This document shows positions 49,801-57,824 of a stretch of 64,000 bases of DNA, piece by piece. Position numbers and translations under genes: made by a program. The stretch covers positions 1 through 64,000 of the forward strand of contig JANNXQ010000232.1 in the NCBI GenBank assembly GCA_031409655.1, given 5' to 3'. Below the pieces are notes generated by a model, which saw only the letters and a list, made by a program, of their open reading frames with translations, searched no databases and had not been told where the DNA came from. How positions within the stretch are numbered: the stretch's first letter is position 1; each line of letters begins with the position of its first letter. The DNA comes from Chthoniobacteraceae bacterium. GTDB taxonomy: Bacteria; Verrucomicrobiota; Verrucomicrobiia; Chthoniobacterales; Chthoniobacteraceae.

Positions 49801-51070
49801 CCATCATGCCGGAATTGCCGGAGAGAGTGCAGTGCGTCAGCGTCGCTGGGCCGTTCGCATAAATCGCGCCGCCGACGCCATCGACGGAGTTGCCGGAAAG
49901 GATGCATTGCGTCAGCGTGAGCGGACTAAGGCCGGTATAGATCGCGCCGCCGAGAGTGGCAGAGTTGCCGGAAAGGATGCATTGCGTCAGCATCAGCGGG
50001 CCTACGGCGAAAATTGCTCCGCCAGCGGGGTTGATCCCCGCCCCAGTCCCGTTGCCGTCGGTGAGCGTGAGGCCCTTGAGCGCGACTGTCTGCCCGCTGT
50101 TCACGTAGAAGATGCGCGAGGCATTGCCTCCGCTGATGGTGACCTGGCTGGAGCGCGCCGAACCATCGATGGTGAGGCTTTTGTTCAACGTGATCTCGCC
50201 GCTGGTGAGCGTGATGGTCTGCGCGGTGGCGAAGACCGTGGAATCGAAGAAAATGGTGTCGTCTGAGGCGGCGTCGAGCACCGCCTGCCGAAGTGTGCCC
50301 GGGCCGGAGTCGGCCGTGCTGGTGACGGTGTGGATGCGGATGCGCGCGGCCCCATTGATCAGCGTGCCGTTGTAAGCGCCGAGGGTGGCCGTGGCGCTGT
50401 TCACCGCAATATTGCCGCTGGGTTCGTCGAATTTGAAATAGAGGCGCAGACCGGGCTCATCGCCCACGAGGGCGCCGGTGCGCGCGGCGGCAATCTCCGC
50501 CGGGGTGCGCACCACATTCCACACGCGGAAATCATCGATCGAGCCGTCGAAATAATCGCCACTCCCACTGCCAATGCGCAGCGCGGAGGCGCCGGTGATC
50601 TCAAAGGCATTGAAGCTCGCGAGCGAGGCGACCTCCGCGCCGTCGATGTAGATTTTCATGAAATTCCCGCTCTGGCTGGCGACGAAGGCGTAGTGCGTCC
50701 AGCCCGCCGTCGGTCCGCCGGAATTGGCGAAGGAAACGCGGCCGTCATTGTCGATGTCGCCGAAGTCCCAGTAAATCCGTTCGCCGAGGCCCCAGAGGTG
50801 CGCCAGGAAGCGGTTGCCGGGAACGTCGGGCTCGAGGCCGAAGGCTGTCTGGTCCGGCATGGTGGTGGTGAACCTGGCCCAGAACTCGACCGTGACCTCG
50901 GTTGTGAAGCCGAGGGTGTCGAAGTCTGGGACCGCGACGTATTGCTGCGCGTTCTCGGAGAAGGTGAGCGCGCCTGACTGCGCGTGAGAAACGCTTTGCG
51001 AAACGATCAGGGTCAGCGCCGCAAAAACGCAGCGGATCAATGAGCAACAAGTCGCAGTTCTCCTTTTCAT
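46883..51070 (-). CDS. Large secreted protein: LamG-like domain, three beta-helix/choice-of-anchor-Q modules, C-terminal domain
   Basis: FDGSIDDFRVWN (LamG); many TLSGNSA..GGAI repeats; three LG.YGG.TQTM...GSPA.D...DQRG..DIGA.E motifs. Confidence 0.85.
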   Translation of the reverse strand: MKRRTATCCSLIRCVFAALTLIVSQSVSHAQSGALTFSENAQQYVAVPDFDTLGFTTEVTVEFWARFTTTMPDQTAFGLEPDVPGNRFLAHLWGLGERIYWDFGDIDNDGRVSFANSGGPTAGWTHYAFVASQSGNFMKIYIDGAEVASLASFNAFEITGASALRIGSGSGDYFDGSIDDFRVWNVVRTPAEIAAARTGALVGDEPGLRLYFKFDEPSGNIAVNSATATLGAYNGTLINGAARIRIHTVTSTADSGPGTLRQAVLDAASDDTIFFDSTVFATAQTITLTSGEITLNKSLTIDGSARSSQVTISGGNASRIFYVNSGQTVALKGLTLTDGNGTGAGINPAGGAIFAVGPLMLTQCILSGNSATLGGAIYTGLSPLTLTQCILSGNSVDGVGGAIYANGPATLTHCTLSGNSGMMAATEGGAIFSLRTLTLTHCTLSGNSAHAGGAIFGASSTLTHCTLSGNSATSNGAFGGFGGAIYNDGTLTLTQCTLSGNSADISGGAIFNEGTLTQTHCTLSGNSASSTGGAIWNTAGPLLLTNSVVAGNTAPSAADIYNTDILTRVGANIVQSLINEGPVNGSGTISNAAPQLAALGNYGGPTQTMPPLAGSPAIDGVPAGSEVAGLITDQRGTGFPRVVDGDGNGSALADIGAVEAQTTLIVTHNRDDGSYGSLRYAVFGAAAGATITFAPGLSGDTINLVAAKGEIVLSRSVIIDASDLSGGVTIHGGPGPNRIFTVSSGQTVALQGLTLAGGNSIGATNPGLGGAIYNSGTLVLTQCTLSGNFANTNGGAIFSDATLTLTQCTLSGNSTLYGGAIGNGGTLVLTQCTISRNSASVYGGAIYNFAPLTLTNSIVGSNNAPDGADIFNTSTVTRVGANIVKVLFNDGGTVNGAGTISFTSPQLSPLGHYGGATQTMPPRLGSPAIDGVPAGSEVAGLTTDQRGFPRLTGAQVDIGAVEIALIVTNNLDDGSIGSLRQVVQGAPDGATVIFAPGLDGSTITLDAAKGEIVLRHSVIIDASDLSGGVTIDGGPGSNRIFFVSSGQTVALEGLTLTGGGGVGMNSNNSGGAIYNHSGTLTLTRCTLFGNFADIYGGAIYSNGPLTLTQCTLSRNSTALGGAIWAGSTQPLTLTQCTVSRNFAAQGGAIYNGQLTLTLINSIISGNRYGPGAGADILNMGALVPVGANIVASIFNEGGFVYDPGTISTADPLLAPLGHYGGPTQTMALLPTSPARDAAAVLSPALTGDQRGFPIVGPPDIGAYEAGTFTNYNAWIWESLPTAGDRTINDPLHAASFDYDSDGVTNGIEWIARTNPGDPASYLHITQTTHTGNAGSGTLSVTFPSVLGREYTVEASADLIVWVSISAPTAGTGNPLTLTVSYESFPTLFVRVRVGP

Positions 51071-51306
51071 CGGGGTTGTTGTTTCAGTTCAGGGATGGTC
51101 GTGTTCCGTGGTTTCATCGCTTCGTTCTCGGTTTTCACTGGATACAAAGTGATGCGCTGACCTAGTTGAGGAGGTCCAGTACCTGCGTGAGCGGGACCGT
51201 GGCGACGAGCGAAAGGTGAGCGTCTGCACCGGGACCACTGGATGAGCCGTTGTCGGCAGCGGCAAAGGCAGCCAAGCGCTGGGAGGAGGAGCTGCTCGAT
51301 TTTCAT
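51067..51306 (-). pseudogene. Decayed remnant of a YQG-family gene 5' end
   Basis: MKIEQLLLPALGCLC matches MRIQHLLLAALGCLC (gene at 55897); shifted frame reads LVATVPLTQVLDLLN* versus LLATALPAQVPNFL(N/S)Y. Confidence 0.6.
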
Positions 51307-51329
51307 GGGTGAAATTTCTTTCGCTCAAC

Positions 51330-54002
51330 TCAAGGCAGCATGATCACCCGGTAGAAGCGCTGCGGCGCATTGCCGATGAAATCCGTCCTGATGGTGGGGC
51401 TGGTGGTGGCGACGATGTCGGGTGGGAGATCGATCCAGACCGGATCGCTCAATTGGACCTTGTATTGCACGCGATAGGCCCGGCCCGGGATAGAGACCCA
51501 GACGATCTGAGCCATCCCTGGGGAATGATAGACAATTTGCTCGATGGCGACCCGGGCGACGCCGCTGAGTTCCACGCGCAGACCCGAGGGATTAGGCGCT
51601 GTCCCGCCATTGTTCACTACGAAGGTAAGCGTGTTCGTGCCGACCACAAACCCACTGGTGATTCGGAATGGCGTGTAAGCGCCGAAGCCTCCGGACTTGA
51701 AGCCCGTGCTCACCCCGTTGACCAAAATGTCCACTCCGAGATCGTCCGATGCCCAGCGACCCGCGATCTGCGCCTGCATCCGATCCAACCCGGTCAGATC
51801 GAAGCTGGTTCGATAATGGTAAGTCCCTGGTGCAGCATCGGTGTTCGTGTTCGTGCTCGGGGTGATCCAGGCGGAGGCCGCGCTGTCGCCATTCCACGGA
51901 GGGATGGGAAATCCGCCCGTCGATGTCGCCACCAGCGGTGCTCCGATGACCGGGCTGAACGGCACCAGGGTGTAGTGCGACTCCACCGCATTGTCCGCCC
52001 GCGGCTGCCCGGCATCATCCACGCCGGTATTGAACAAGCCCCGAATCGGCACCGCGAGATAGTCCACCTCGACCGCGCCGATGTCGCTTTGGTCTCCTGA
52101 ACTGCTGCCCGGCAATTCGAGGAAATCGAAGGGGCGCGGGCGACCGCGTTGGTCGGTGAAAAAAGTGGGATTGAAAGGTCCGCGGCGTCCCGTGTCGATC
52201 GCCGGGCTGCCGGCGAGCGGCAGGTGGGTGGGCGTCTGCCCGCCGTAGTCCGCGAGCGGAGCAAGCACCGGATGGAGCGGCGTGCCGCTGCTGCCGGCCT
52301 GGTCGCCCGTATTGGTAAAGCCACCCGCTTGATCGCGGATGCCGACCAAGTTGTATCCGAAGGACGATAAATCTCCGGAGTAATCCGGTGAGACTTGGCT
52401 GCGGTTGTCGGCGAGCAGGCTGTTGAAGATGGGGAAGGCGCTGCCGACTACCCCGCCTCCGAGCGCCGAACCGGCGGGGCCGGGCGTGCCCCCACCCTCC
52501 CTGAAACCACCGGCACCGGGGACGGCGGCGTTCTGCGTGATCGTCGCACCCGTCAAATTCAGACCAGATCCCGCGATCCCACCCGCAGTCCCGGACCCCC
52601 CCGCGCCGCCGAACCCGCGATCTTCGCCACCTTGTCCACCGGTGCCGCCGGTCGCCGTGTTGCCGCTGATCGTGCAATTGGTCACGCCGAACGAGATTCC
52701 CGCGTGGAAGATGCCGCCGCCATTGGCCGTGCCACCCGCACCTCCCTGGGCGCCGTCGAAGAAACTCACACTCAAGCCGAGTCCCCCTGTGCCACCCGAT
52801 CCACCGATGGAGGAATTTCCACTGACGGTGCAGCCCACGAGCGACAGGACGTTTGAATTGTAGAGGCCCGCGCCGTTTGCCCCTCCGCCCGATCCCCCGA
52901 CACCGGCAGCAAAGTTGACAACCCTGGGGCCGCCGACGCCACCGGTGCCGCCCACGACGGAGTTGTCCGCGATCCAGCAATCCACCAACCCGAGCTGGCC
53001 TTGATTGTAGATGCCGGCACCTTCCGCCAAGCCCCCGGCTCCGCCGACTCCGCCCGGAGAAGCCCCCGCAATGCCCGTCGAGCCGATCACCCGCCCTTTG
53101 GTAATCTTCAGCCCGGAAATTTGCACCGTCCCCGCCGCCACGTGGAAGACCCGGCTGAGGTCGTTCCCGCTCACCGCCAGAACCTTCGCGCCCGGACCCG
53201 AGATGTTCATATTGTGCTGAATCGTGAGCTGCCCGAGCTGCTGCTGCAGCACGATCTCGCCCTTCACCCACGGGGCAAAGGTGATGGTCGGGGTGCTGGG
53301 ATAGCCAGCAGCCGCACCGATGGCCTCGCGCAGGGTGCAATCCGCATCGGTGGCGAAGCCGTCATCGTGATCGTCGTTCGTGTTGACGACAAAGGTCGGG
53401 CCCGTTTGCACGTTGCCAAAGCGCAGGTTGTCAAAGATGGCAAAGCACGGAACCCCGGTCGCGGGGACTTCGGTGGAAAAGCGGACGTAGGCGATGTTAT
53501 TGCTCGCGGATCTAAAGGTGAGCGTCTCGACCGGGTAAATCGCATTTTCGATCGTCGGAAGCGGCCCCGCGTAGTAGATGGTGGCCAGCACTTGATTCGC
53601 CGCATTGAAGGCCTGGAGGTAGGGTCTACCGGTGAAGGGCGCCAAAATTTCATACCCGGCCGGCACGATGGGACGCGCGTCGATCCGCACCTCCCGAACC
53701 GATGCGGCGAATTGCGCCTTGATGGTCCCGTCGGTTCCCCTGAAGTAGGATTGCGTGGAAAACGGCGACACCACGTTGGAGCTCGACGGCGCGAGCGCAT
53801 CAGCCTTCGCAAACACATTCACATTCTCAATTACAGCCGCGGAGAAGACCACCCCCGGATAAAACGTATCGACGACGGTGCCATCGGGCACATCGTCGAA
53901 GTCGATCGTGGCCGCTCGGGAGACGCATGGCGCGGCGAGCAGGGCCAGGGTGGTGAAGACGGTGGCGAGGAGTGATCGGTGGGTGGTGGTTCTGTGTTTC
54001 AT
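51330..54002 (-). CDS. Secreted CSLREA-type / Gly-rich beta-helix, choice-of-anchor-Q protein with C-terminal FYRV domain
   Basis: Signal peptide; VNTNDD...DCTLREAI; Gly-rich repeats; LADYGGQTPTH..GSPAID..DQRG..DIGAVE; ends RFYRVIMLP. Confidence 0.82.
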   Translation of the reverse strand: MKHRTTTHRSLLATVFTTLALLAAPCVSRAATIDFDDVPDGTVVDTFYPGVVFSAAVIENVNVFAKADALAPSSSNVVSPFSTQSYFRGTDGTIKAQFAASVREVRIDARPIVPAGYEILAPFTGRPYLQAFNAANQVLATIYYAGPLPTIENAIYPVETLTFRSASNNIAYVRFSTEVPATGVPCFAIFDNLRFGNVQTGPTFVVNTNDDHDDGFATDADCTLREAIGAAAGYPSTPTITFAPWVKGEIVLQQQLGQLTIQHNMNISGPGAKVLAVSGNDLSRVFHVAAGTVQISGLKITKGRVIGSTGIAGASPGGVGGAGGLAEGAGIYNQGQLGLVDCWIADNSVVGGTGGVGGPRVVNFAAGVGGSGGGANGAGLYNSNVLSLVGCTVSGNSSIGGSGGTGGLGLSVSFFDGAQGGAGGTANGGGIFHAGISFGVTNCTISGNTATGGTGGQGGEDRGFGGAGGSGTAGGIAGSGLNLTGATITQNAAVPGAGGFREGGGTPGPAGSALGGGVVGSAFPIFNSLLADNRSQVSPDYSGDLSSFGYNLVGIRDQAGGFTNTGDQAGSSGTPLHPVLAPLADYGGQTPTHLPLAGSPAIDTGRRGPFNPTFFTDQRGRPRPFDFLELPGSSSGDQSDIGAVEVDYLAVPIRGLFNTGVDDAGQPRADNAVESHYTLVPFSPVIGAPLVATSTGGFPIPPWNGDSAASAWITPSTNTNTDAAPGTYHYRTSFDLTGLDRMQAQIAGRWASDDLGVDILVNGVSTGFKSGGFGAYTPFRITSGFVVGTNTLTFVVNNGGTAPNPSGLRVELSGVARVAIEQIVYHSPGMAQIVWVSIPGRAYRVQYKVQLSDPVWIDLPPDIVATTSPTIRTDFIGNAPQRFYRVIMLP

Positions 54003-54121
54003 CGGAGTGGTTGGATTGATTGGGCAATGGTGGCTGGAATGGTCTGGTGGTTCGGGAGAAGATGGTGGGATGAGTGAGATTTCCCTCCTGCGATAACAGG
54101 GGAAGGCGTCTGCGGGAGCCA

Positions 54122-54273
54122 GCTTTGGACTGCTCGGACTTGTCCGAGCTTTATGGGGGAGGAAGCTTGCTTCCGTGGCCGGGAAGTGCCGGGTGGCCGC
54201 GCGCCGGCCGTCCCCACCACGGCGGACAAGTCCGCCCGCCCCAAAGCTCGGACAAGTCCGAGCAGTCCAAAGC
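54122..54273. repeat. REP/MITE-like palindromic element with perfect 31-bp inverted arms
   Basis: GCTTTGGACTGCTCGGACTTGTCCGAGCTTT (54122-54152) and its exact reverse complement (54243-54273). Confidence 0.85.
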
Positions 54274-54343
54274 CGGCCTTCGGACTCCGCCCATCCATCG
54301 GAAAGCTTCGGCTCGGGCCGACCACTGCGCTCGGCGGTTCGGC

Positions 54344-55897
54344 TCATGGCTGGGTCGGGGACAGGGCAGCACGAACCCCATTGGAGTCGAGCGCAGCCGA
54401 CGGCGCGTAGCGGTTGCGGTAAGCACACCGGACGGCGCCGGACTCGATGTACCAAGCGCCGCCACGGACGATTCGAAAGTCTCCCAATGCTGGGCCGCGA
54501 GGGTCGGTGCCTCCTCCATACGGCGTCTCATACCAATCCCAACACCATTGGAAGACATTTCCTGCCATGTCGTTTACCCCATACCCGTTTGCCGCAAACG
54601 ATCCCACCGGACTCGTCGCCGGGTTTGTTCCGCCTGCGCTTCCAATCGCGTTGAAGCCGTCCGGGCCGAAATCGTAGCTGTAGATGTTGGTGTTCCCGTA
54701 GTAGTTGGCCAAGGTTCCGTCGATGCCCGAGCCCCACGGAAACCGCTGCCCGCTCAACCCGCCGCGCGCCGCCTTTTCCCATTCTGCCTCCGTCGGCAGC
54801 CGAAAGCCATTGGCGTTCCATTTCACTTGCAGGTTGGTGACGTCCAGATTGCCGGAGCGATACACGACGGTTTGAGCGTCATCTGTGTAATACACCGGCG
54901 TCCTCCCCTCCCGCTCCGAGCGCGCATTGCACCACTTCACGCAGTCATACCAGGACACCGAATGCACCGGATGATTCGGCGCCTTGCCGGAACCCGCGAA
55001 AAAGTTGTATCCGAAGGCGTAGGCCCACAGTCGGACCGCGTTCCATTGGCTCAAGGTCACCAGGTTCACATCCATGTAAAACGCCGAGACGGTGACGGCC
55101 ACCGGGGCTGCGTTCGTGATGTCGGTATCCGCGGCGACGCTGTTTCCCATCGTGAACGGCCCCGCCGGGATGAGCACCATGCCCGGCGGGGTGGCTAGCG
55201 TGAGGGCGTTCTGGCCGCCCGGATAGACATTGGGCGCGAGCCGCTGGTCGGGCGTCAGAAGCTGCGAGCCATTGGTGTTGTCGTTGAACCACACGCGCAG
55301 ACGCACGTCGGGATTGGTGAAAACGGAGCTTGGGATTGCCATCATGCTCAAAGGTGGGGAAGTGTCGCCGAGAAGCACGGAGTAGAGGCCCATCGTCACC
55401 TGGAGCGACAGTGCCGCCGTGGGCTGCGACCCTGCGGCACTGGTGCCGTCATTGCTCCAGAAGGTTTTGGCATGAGTCTTCGACGGAAGGGAGATCGAGA
55501 CGTTGGGCCTGGAAGTGTAGCCGCTGCCGGCCAGACCCGGCGTGAGGCTCACGACGCTGCCGCCTGAGAGCACGGCCGTCGCCGTGGCCCCCGTGCCGCC
55601 GCCCTCGGTGACGGTGACTGCCGGTGGGGAAGTGTAGCCCGAACCGGGATTCATGACGGTGTATGCGGTGATGAAAGAACCCGTCCGCGCGGCTTCGGCG
55701 GTGGCCGGTACGGAAGGATTGGTGCCGCCATCGACGAGGGCGAATTTGAAGGAGCCCGTGCCGTCGAAGTTCACCGGCGGGGTGCCGACAGCGACGCGGC
55801 CCTGGTAGTTGAGGAAATTTGGCACCTGCGCGGGCAGGGCCGTGGTGAGGAGACAAAGGCAGCCGAGGGCTGCGAGGAGGAGGTGCTGGATTCTCAT
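54344..55897 (-). CDS. Secreted protein: YQG N-domain with GSGY insert plus FGE-sulfatase (SUMF1/CLec-fold) domain
   Basis: FLNYQGRVAVG; MVLIPAGPFTMG, HPVHSVSWYD, RLPTEAEWEKAARGG, DMAGNVFQW, RGGAW. Confidence 0.88.
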   Translation of the reverse strand: MRIQHLLLAALGCLCLLTTALPAQVPNFLNYQGRVAVGTPPVNFDGTGSFKFALVDGGTNPSVPATAEAARTGSFITAYTVMNPGSGYTSPPAVTVTEGGGTGATATAVLSGGSVVSLTPGLAGSGYTSRPNVSISLPSKTHAKTFWSNDGTSAAGSQPTAALSLQVTMGLYSVLLGDTSPPLSMMAIPSSVFTNPDVRLRVWFNDNTNGSQLLTPDQRLAPNVYPGGQNALTLATPPGMVLIPAGPFTMGNSVAADTDITNAAPVAVTVSAFYMDVNLVTLSQWNAVRLWAYAFGYNFFAGSGKAPNHPVHSVSWYDCVKWCNARSEREGRTPVYYTDDAQTVVYRSGNLDVTNLQVKWNANGFRLPTEAEWEKAARGGLSGQRFPWGSGIDGTLANYYGNTNIYSYDFGPDGFNAIGSAGGTNPATSPVGSFAANGYGVNDMAGNVFQWCWDWYETPYGGGTDPRGPALGDFRIVRGGAWYIESGAVRCAYRNRYAPSAALDSNGVRAALSPTQP

Positions 55898-56219
55898 GCG
55901 AAATGCCTTGCGGTGAATCCCGGAAATCGCCGCCATGGTGACTCAGCGGGACTCGCGCAACTGCAATGGAGAAAAGTCCTCCCCGCAAGCACCGGCAAAT
56001 GACCAAAGTGATGGTCTCAAGATTAGGAAAAGGATGCCCCTCAAGCCTGGTGCGAGCGCAAGCTATTTTTTGTAAAAATCCTGAGGCCGCGCAGCGCAAG
56101 CACGGCAACAGCCTGCCCTTTGCGTTCGCTTGCCAAAGGATCTCGGAAATGATTCCGCGCTGGCGCGGGGCCGCCAGTAAGCGCATGAATTGCGGAACGC
56201 CCAACAGTCCACATCCGAA

Positions 56220-57326
56220 ATGACGCCCCTCATCAGAAAACTCCTCGGTATGAATTGGCTCCTCGTGGGCACCGCGCTCGCCCTCGCCGTGCTCGGGGTC
56301 GTGGCGGTCTATAGCGCGTCCGCTTTTCGCACCGAGGACTACTGGCACAAGCAAGCCCTCTGGGTCGCGGTGGGGGTGGTCGTCCTGCTCGTCACCAGCC
56401 TCATCGACTACCGCTGGGTGAAGTGGGTCGCGCTGCCCATGTATCTCGTCAGCGTCCTCGCCGTCGTCCTCACCTACACGAGTTGGGGGGAAGAGCACGG
56501 TGGCGCGAAGTGCTGGCTGCGGATCCCAGGTATCGGCACGTTTCAACCTTCGCAGATGGCGGTGATCGCGGGGGTGCTCACGCTCGGACTTTTCCTCAGC
56601 CAGTTCCGGCGCATCCATCCGATGGCCAAACTCGCCTTCACTGGCGCGATCGTTGGCGGACCGATGCTCCTCATCCTGAAGCAACCCGACTTTGGCATGA
56701 CCATGGTCTGGATCCCGGTGATCCTCGCCATGCTCTTTCTCGGCGGGATGCCGAAACGCTACCTCATCGCCATGATCCTCATCGGCGTCGCGGTGCTGCC
56801 GGTGCTCATCAATTTCGTCCTCAAGCCCTACCAGCGCGCCCGCATCGTGGCCTTCGTCGATCCGGACATCGATCCGCTGAATGCAGGCTGGGCGATCAAT
56901 CAATCCCTCATCGCCATCGGCTCCGGCGGCTTCTCGGGCAAAGGATTCATGGCGGCGAACACCCAGGTCGAACAGGGTTTCATCCCCGGGACCACTGTCC
57001 ACACCGACTACATCTTCACCGCGATCGGTGAGCAGTTCGGCTTTGTCGGCGGCGTCACGCTGGTCTGCCTTTTTGCGCTGCTCCTCCTTTCCATGCTCCT
57101 CACCGCGCACGTCGCCTCGGATCAGCTCGGCCTGCTCATCACCGTCGGTTTCGCCGCGCAGATCTTTTTCCACATCTATCAAAACATCGGCATGACCATC
57201 GCCCTCATGCCGATCACCGGTCTGCCGCTGCCGCTGATCAGCTATGGCGGCACTTTTTTGGTGATGGTGATGTTCGGCCTCGGGCTCGTGAACAGCGTCT
57301 GGGTCCACCGCAAGGCGCTGCCGTAG
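56220..57326 (+). CDS. rodA: SEDS-family peptidoglycan polymerase, RodA-like
   Basis: FQPSQ, QPDFG, YQRARI, AIGSGG..GKG, HTDYIF, TGLPLPLISYGG. Confidence 0.8.
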   Translation: MTPLIRKLLGMNWLLVGTALALAVLGVVAVYSASAFRTEDYWHKQALWVAVGVVVLLVTSLIDYRWVKWVALPMYLVSVLAVVLTYTSWGEEHGGAKCWLRIPGIGTFQPSQMAVIAGVLTLGLFLSQFRRIHPMAKLAFTGAIVGGPMLLILKQPDFGMTMVWIPVILAMLFLGGMPKRYLIAMILIGVAVLPVLINFVLKPYQRARIVAFVDPDIDPLNAGWAINQSLIAIGSGGFSGKGFMAANTQVEQGFIPGTTVHTDYIFTAIGEQFGFVGGVTLVCLFALLLLSMLLTAHVASDQLGLLITVGFAAQIFFHIYQNIGMTIALMPITGLPLPLISYGGTFLVMVMFGLGLVNSVWVHRKALP

Positions 57327-57332
57327 GGCGGA

Positions 57333-57773
57333 TCACTTTCCGACTTCCCGCACTGGCACGTACTCGTTCACGCCGGCTTTGAGATAGAATTTCGCGCCCT
57401 CCGGCAGAGCGGCGACGGAGCCATCTTTCGAAAGCGCGCCGAGGTATTTGTAAATCGTGAGGCCGGTCTCCGCATCCGTGCTGACGCGGCGCATCCGGGT
57501 GTCGCGGAGTTCCTGCCGCTGCTCGCTCGCGAGTTCGAGCGGGCGTCCCTCGAACGACGCGACGACGGCCGGCCCCGGCAGCTTCACGAACACTTTGTCC
57601 CCGACCGCTGTGACCTCCGCCATGGACTCGATTTTCGCCCGGCGCTGTTTGTCGAACGCCGCGAGACCGAGCATCAGCGCCATCCCCAGGAGCAGCAGGA
57701 GCCCCAGCCGGACGGCGTGGTTTCCGCCCAGGACGGCCACAGCAGGCGCAGGAGCGGAGGAAGATTCGTTCAT
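57333..57773 (-). CDS. Hypothetical single-TM protein
   Basis: LGLLLLLGMALMLGLAAF TM; co-oriented downstream of acs. Confidence 0.55.
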   Translation of the reverse strand: MNESSSAPAPAVAVLGGNHAVRLGLLLLLGMALMLGLAAFDKQRRAKIESMAEVTAVGDKVFVKLPGPAVVASFEGRPLELASEQRQELRDTRMRRVSTDAETGLTIYKYLGALSKDGSVAALPEGAKFYLKAGVNEYVPVREVGK

Positions 57774-57824
57774 CGCCGGGAGGCTAGCGACCGCGCGCGC
57801 GGCTGGCCAGCGCTTCGACGCAGT

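Noticed and set aside
46784..50266. 1160-aa plus-strand ORF and other long antisense ORFs (e.g. 1875-3617, 32799-35228, 39701-41557, 55449-57308, 61412-63322)
   Set aside because: Shadow ORFs opposite well-supported genes in GC-rich DNA, with no recognisable motifs.
54344..55897. Formylglycine-generating enzyme that activates the four sulfatases
   Set aside because: It lacks the catalytic Cys pair after RGG(S/A), is secreted and fused to the YQG domain, and lies about 47 kb from the sulfatases.
54003..56219. Complete diversity-generating retroelement around the FGE-domain gene
   Set aside because: No reverse transcriptase, Avd-like gene or AAC-rich template copy of the 3' end was found by eye in the window. 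Kept only as a possible remote target.
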